Position numbers and translations under genes: made by a program. The notes below the pieces were generated by a model. That model made no database searches. It was not told where the DNA came from and was given only the letters and a program-made list of their open reading frames with translations. From Micropepsaceae bacterium (lineage in GTDB: Bacteria; Pseudomonadota; Alphaproteobacteria; Micropepsales; Micropepsaceae): a stretch of 64,000 bases of DNA. Numbering within the stretch: the stretch's first letter is position 1; every line of letters starts with the position of its first letter. Below are positions 62,752-64,000 of the stretch, in pieces. The stretch spans positions 4,733,366 through 4,797,365 of the forward strand of contig OZ245761.1 in the NCBI GenBank assembly GCA_965227535.1. The letters are read 5' to 3'.

Positions 62752-63888
62752 ATGCCCGACACACGCAAAGCCGACGTCATCGTCATAGGGGCCGGAATCG
62801 CCGGCGCGTCCGTCGCCTACGAACTCAGCACCACGCACCGCGTATTTCTGCTGGAGCGCGAACCGCAACCCGGCCTGCACTCGACCGGCCGCTCCGCCGC
62901 CATCTTCTCGGAAATCTACGGCAACGCTACCATCCGGGGCCTCAGCCGCGCCTCACGCGATTTCATCTTCAGCCCGCCCAAGGGCTTTGCGGATGCGCCG
63001 CTCGTCAATGCGCGCGCCACGTTGTTCCTCGCGCCGCCCGATCAAGTCGAAGCGCTGCACGCCATGCGCAACGATGTCGACGTCGCCGCCGGCACCGAGC
63101 CGATGAGCGTCGACGAAGCCATACGCCGCGTCCCCATCCTGCGCCGCGACCGCATCGCCGAAGCGCTCTTCGAGCCCGGCGCCAGCGACATCGACGTCAA
63201 CGGTCTGCACCAAGGCTTCCTGCGCGGGTTAAAGGCGCGCGGCGGCGAGTTGATCTGCAACGTCCAAATCGTAAGCTTGGAGAAGAAGAGCGACACCTGG
63301 CGCGCTGTGGCAGGCAATACCATCTACGAAGCACCGGTGATCGTGAACGCAGCAGGCGCCTGGGCCGACACCGTCGGCGAACTCGCAGGCGTGAAGCCGC
63401 TCGGCATCGAACCGCGTCGCCGCACGGTCGTGTTGCTAGACCCACCCGCCGGTGTAGACATCCGCGATTGGCCGCTGACGATCGATGCCGTTGAGACCTT
63501 CTACTTCAAACCTGACGCCGGCCGCATTCTCCTGACCCCGGCCGACGAAACACCGACCCCGCCGTGCGACGCACAACCCGAAGAAATGGACATCGCCGTC
63601 GCCATTGACCGCTTCGAGAACATGACGACGATGAGCGTGCGCCGCGTCGTGCACAAATGGGCAGGCCTCAGAAGCTTCGCCCCGGATCGCTCACCTGTCG
63701 TCGGCTTCGACCCAGGCGCGTCCGGTTTCTTCTGGCTGGCGGGGCAGGGCGGTTACGGCATGCAAACGTCGTCGGCAATGGCGCGTTCGGCCGCTGCACT
63801 GGTGAAAGGCGAAGACCTACCTGCCGACATCAAGGCCCAAAACGTAAGCGCAGCCGCGTTGTCGCCAACGCGGCTGCGCAAAAGCTAA
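62752..63888 (+). CDS. FAD-dependent oxidoreductase (DAO family)
   Basis: DVIVIGAGIAGASVAYEL dinucleotide fold. C-terminus GFFWLAGQGGYGMQTS. Confidence 0.85.
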   Translation: MPDTRKADVIVIGAGIAGASVAYELSTTHRVFLLEREPQPGLHSTGRSAAIFSEIYGNATIRGLSRASRDFIFSPPKGFADAPLVNARATLFLAPPDQVEALHAMRNDVDVAAGTEPMSVDEAIRRVPILRRDRIAEALFEPGASDIDVNGLHQGFLRGLKARGGELICNVQIVSLEKKSDTWRAVAGNTIYEAPVIVNAAGAWADTVGELAGVKPLGIEPRRRTVVLLDPPAGVDIRDWPLTIDAVETFYFKPDAGRILLTPADETPTPPCDAQPEEMDIAVAIDRFENMTTMSVRRVVHKWAGLRSFAPDRSPVVGFDPGASGFFWLAGQGGYGMQTSSAMARSAAALVKGEDLPADIKAQNVSAAALSPTRLRKS

Positions 63889-63898
63889 CTCAGGCGCG

Positions 63899-64000
63899 TT
63901 ACCAGATGTGAACGCGATCTTCCGGCTTCAGATACAGCTTGTCGCCCGGCTTCACGCCGAACGCGTCGTACCAGGGATCGACGTTCCGCACGATGCCGTT
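63899..64000 (-). CDS. M13-family metallopeptidase, C-terminal fragment (the rest lies outside the window)
   Basis: Minus-strand translation ...NGIVRNVDPWYDAFGVKPGDKLYLKPEDRVHIW then TAA (63899-63901). This closely parallels the C-terminus of the M13 peptidase at 13640-15727. Confidence 0.7.
   Translation of the reverse strand, partial: NGIVRNVDPWYDAFGVKPGDKLYLKPEDRVHIW

Noticed and set aside
1-64000. A scan for tRNA, rRNA, CRISPR arrays, IS elements and integrases.
   Set aside because: In the intergenic regions I saw no GGTTCGANTCC-type T-arm motifs, no regularly spaced direct repeats and no transposase- or integrase-like ORFs. This was a scan by eye only, so a tRNAscan/Infernal/ISfinder run is still advisable.

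Overview
A 64-kb chromosomal segment from a high-G+C Gram-negative bacterium. The gene content (TamB tail, OmpA-family protein, PagL-like deacylase, periplasmic SodC, PQQ sugar dehydrogenase) and the GTCATGGCCGGGC-type palindromic repeats suggest an alphaproteobacterium, but I cannot assign taxonomy without a search.

I support about 65 protein-coding genes. I found no rRNA, tRNA, CRISPR array, transposase or integrase. Most genes are ordinary envelope, redox, detoxification and catabolic functions:
- an OmpR/histidine-kinase pair with an EF-hand protein
- a PadR-HAAS pair
- PPK2, an ABC-F ATPase, two M13 peptidases, NDH-2
- an orphan AceE-like E1 component, SodC, several GSTs
- four VOC proteins and two GFA proteins
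- an acyl-CoA dehydrogenase/ligase/amidohydrolase cluster
- TerC, and several small regulators (TetR, HxlR, LuxR-type)

Many track ORFs are over-extended at the 5' end. I re-set starts where an in-frame start has a Shine-Dalgarno-like purine tract or a stop/start overlap. Long Arg/Ala/Gly-rich antisense ORFs are treated as high-GC shadow frames.

The stand-out locus is 35.4-40.8 kb. A 1113-aa membrane-anchored Clp/Hsp100-type double AAA+ ATPase has a C-terminal ~260 aa that aligns motif by motif with class-I peptide chain release factors but lacks the whole GGQ domain. It converges, with overlapping stop codons, on a membrane-anchored protein that has a PD-(D/E)xK-like E...D...ExK signature. 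That gene is in turn divergent from an XRE-S24 (CI/LexA-like) repressor whose catalytic Ser/Lys positions read Ala/Arg. A LuxR solo lies next door. I propose this as a candidate undescribed ribosome-linked surveillance or conflict module. The function is inference only.

Other points worth a second look:
- two copies of a ~140-bp MITE-like nested palindrome in convergent intergenic regions
- a lower-GC GxxExxY gene next to a 29-bp-arm inverted repeat
- an MFS gene separated from its natural start by an A6 tract
- a free-standing CheB methylesterase domain
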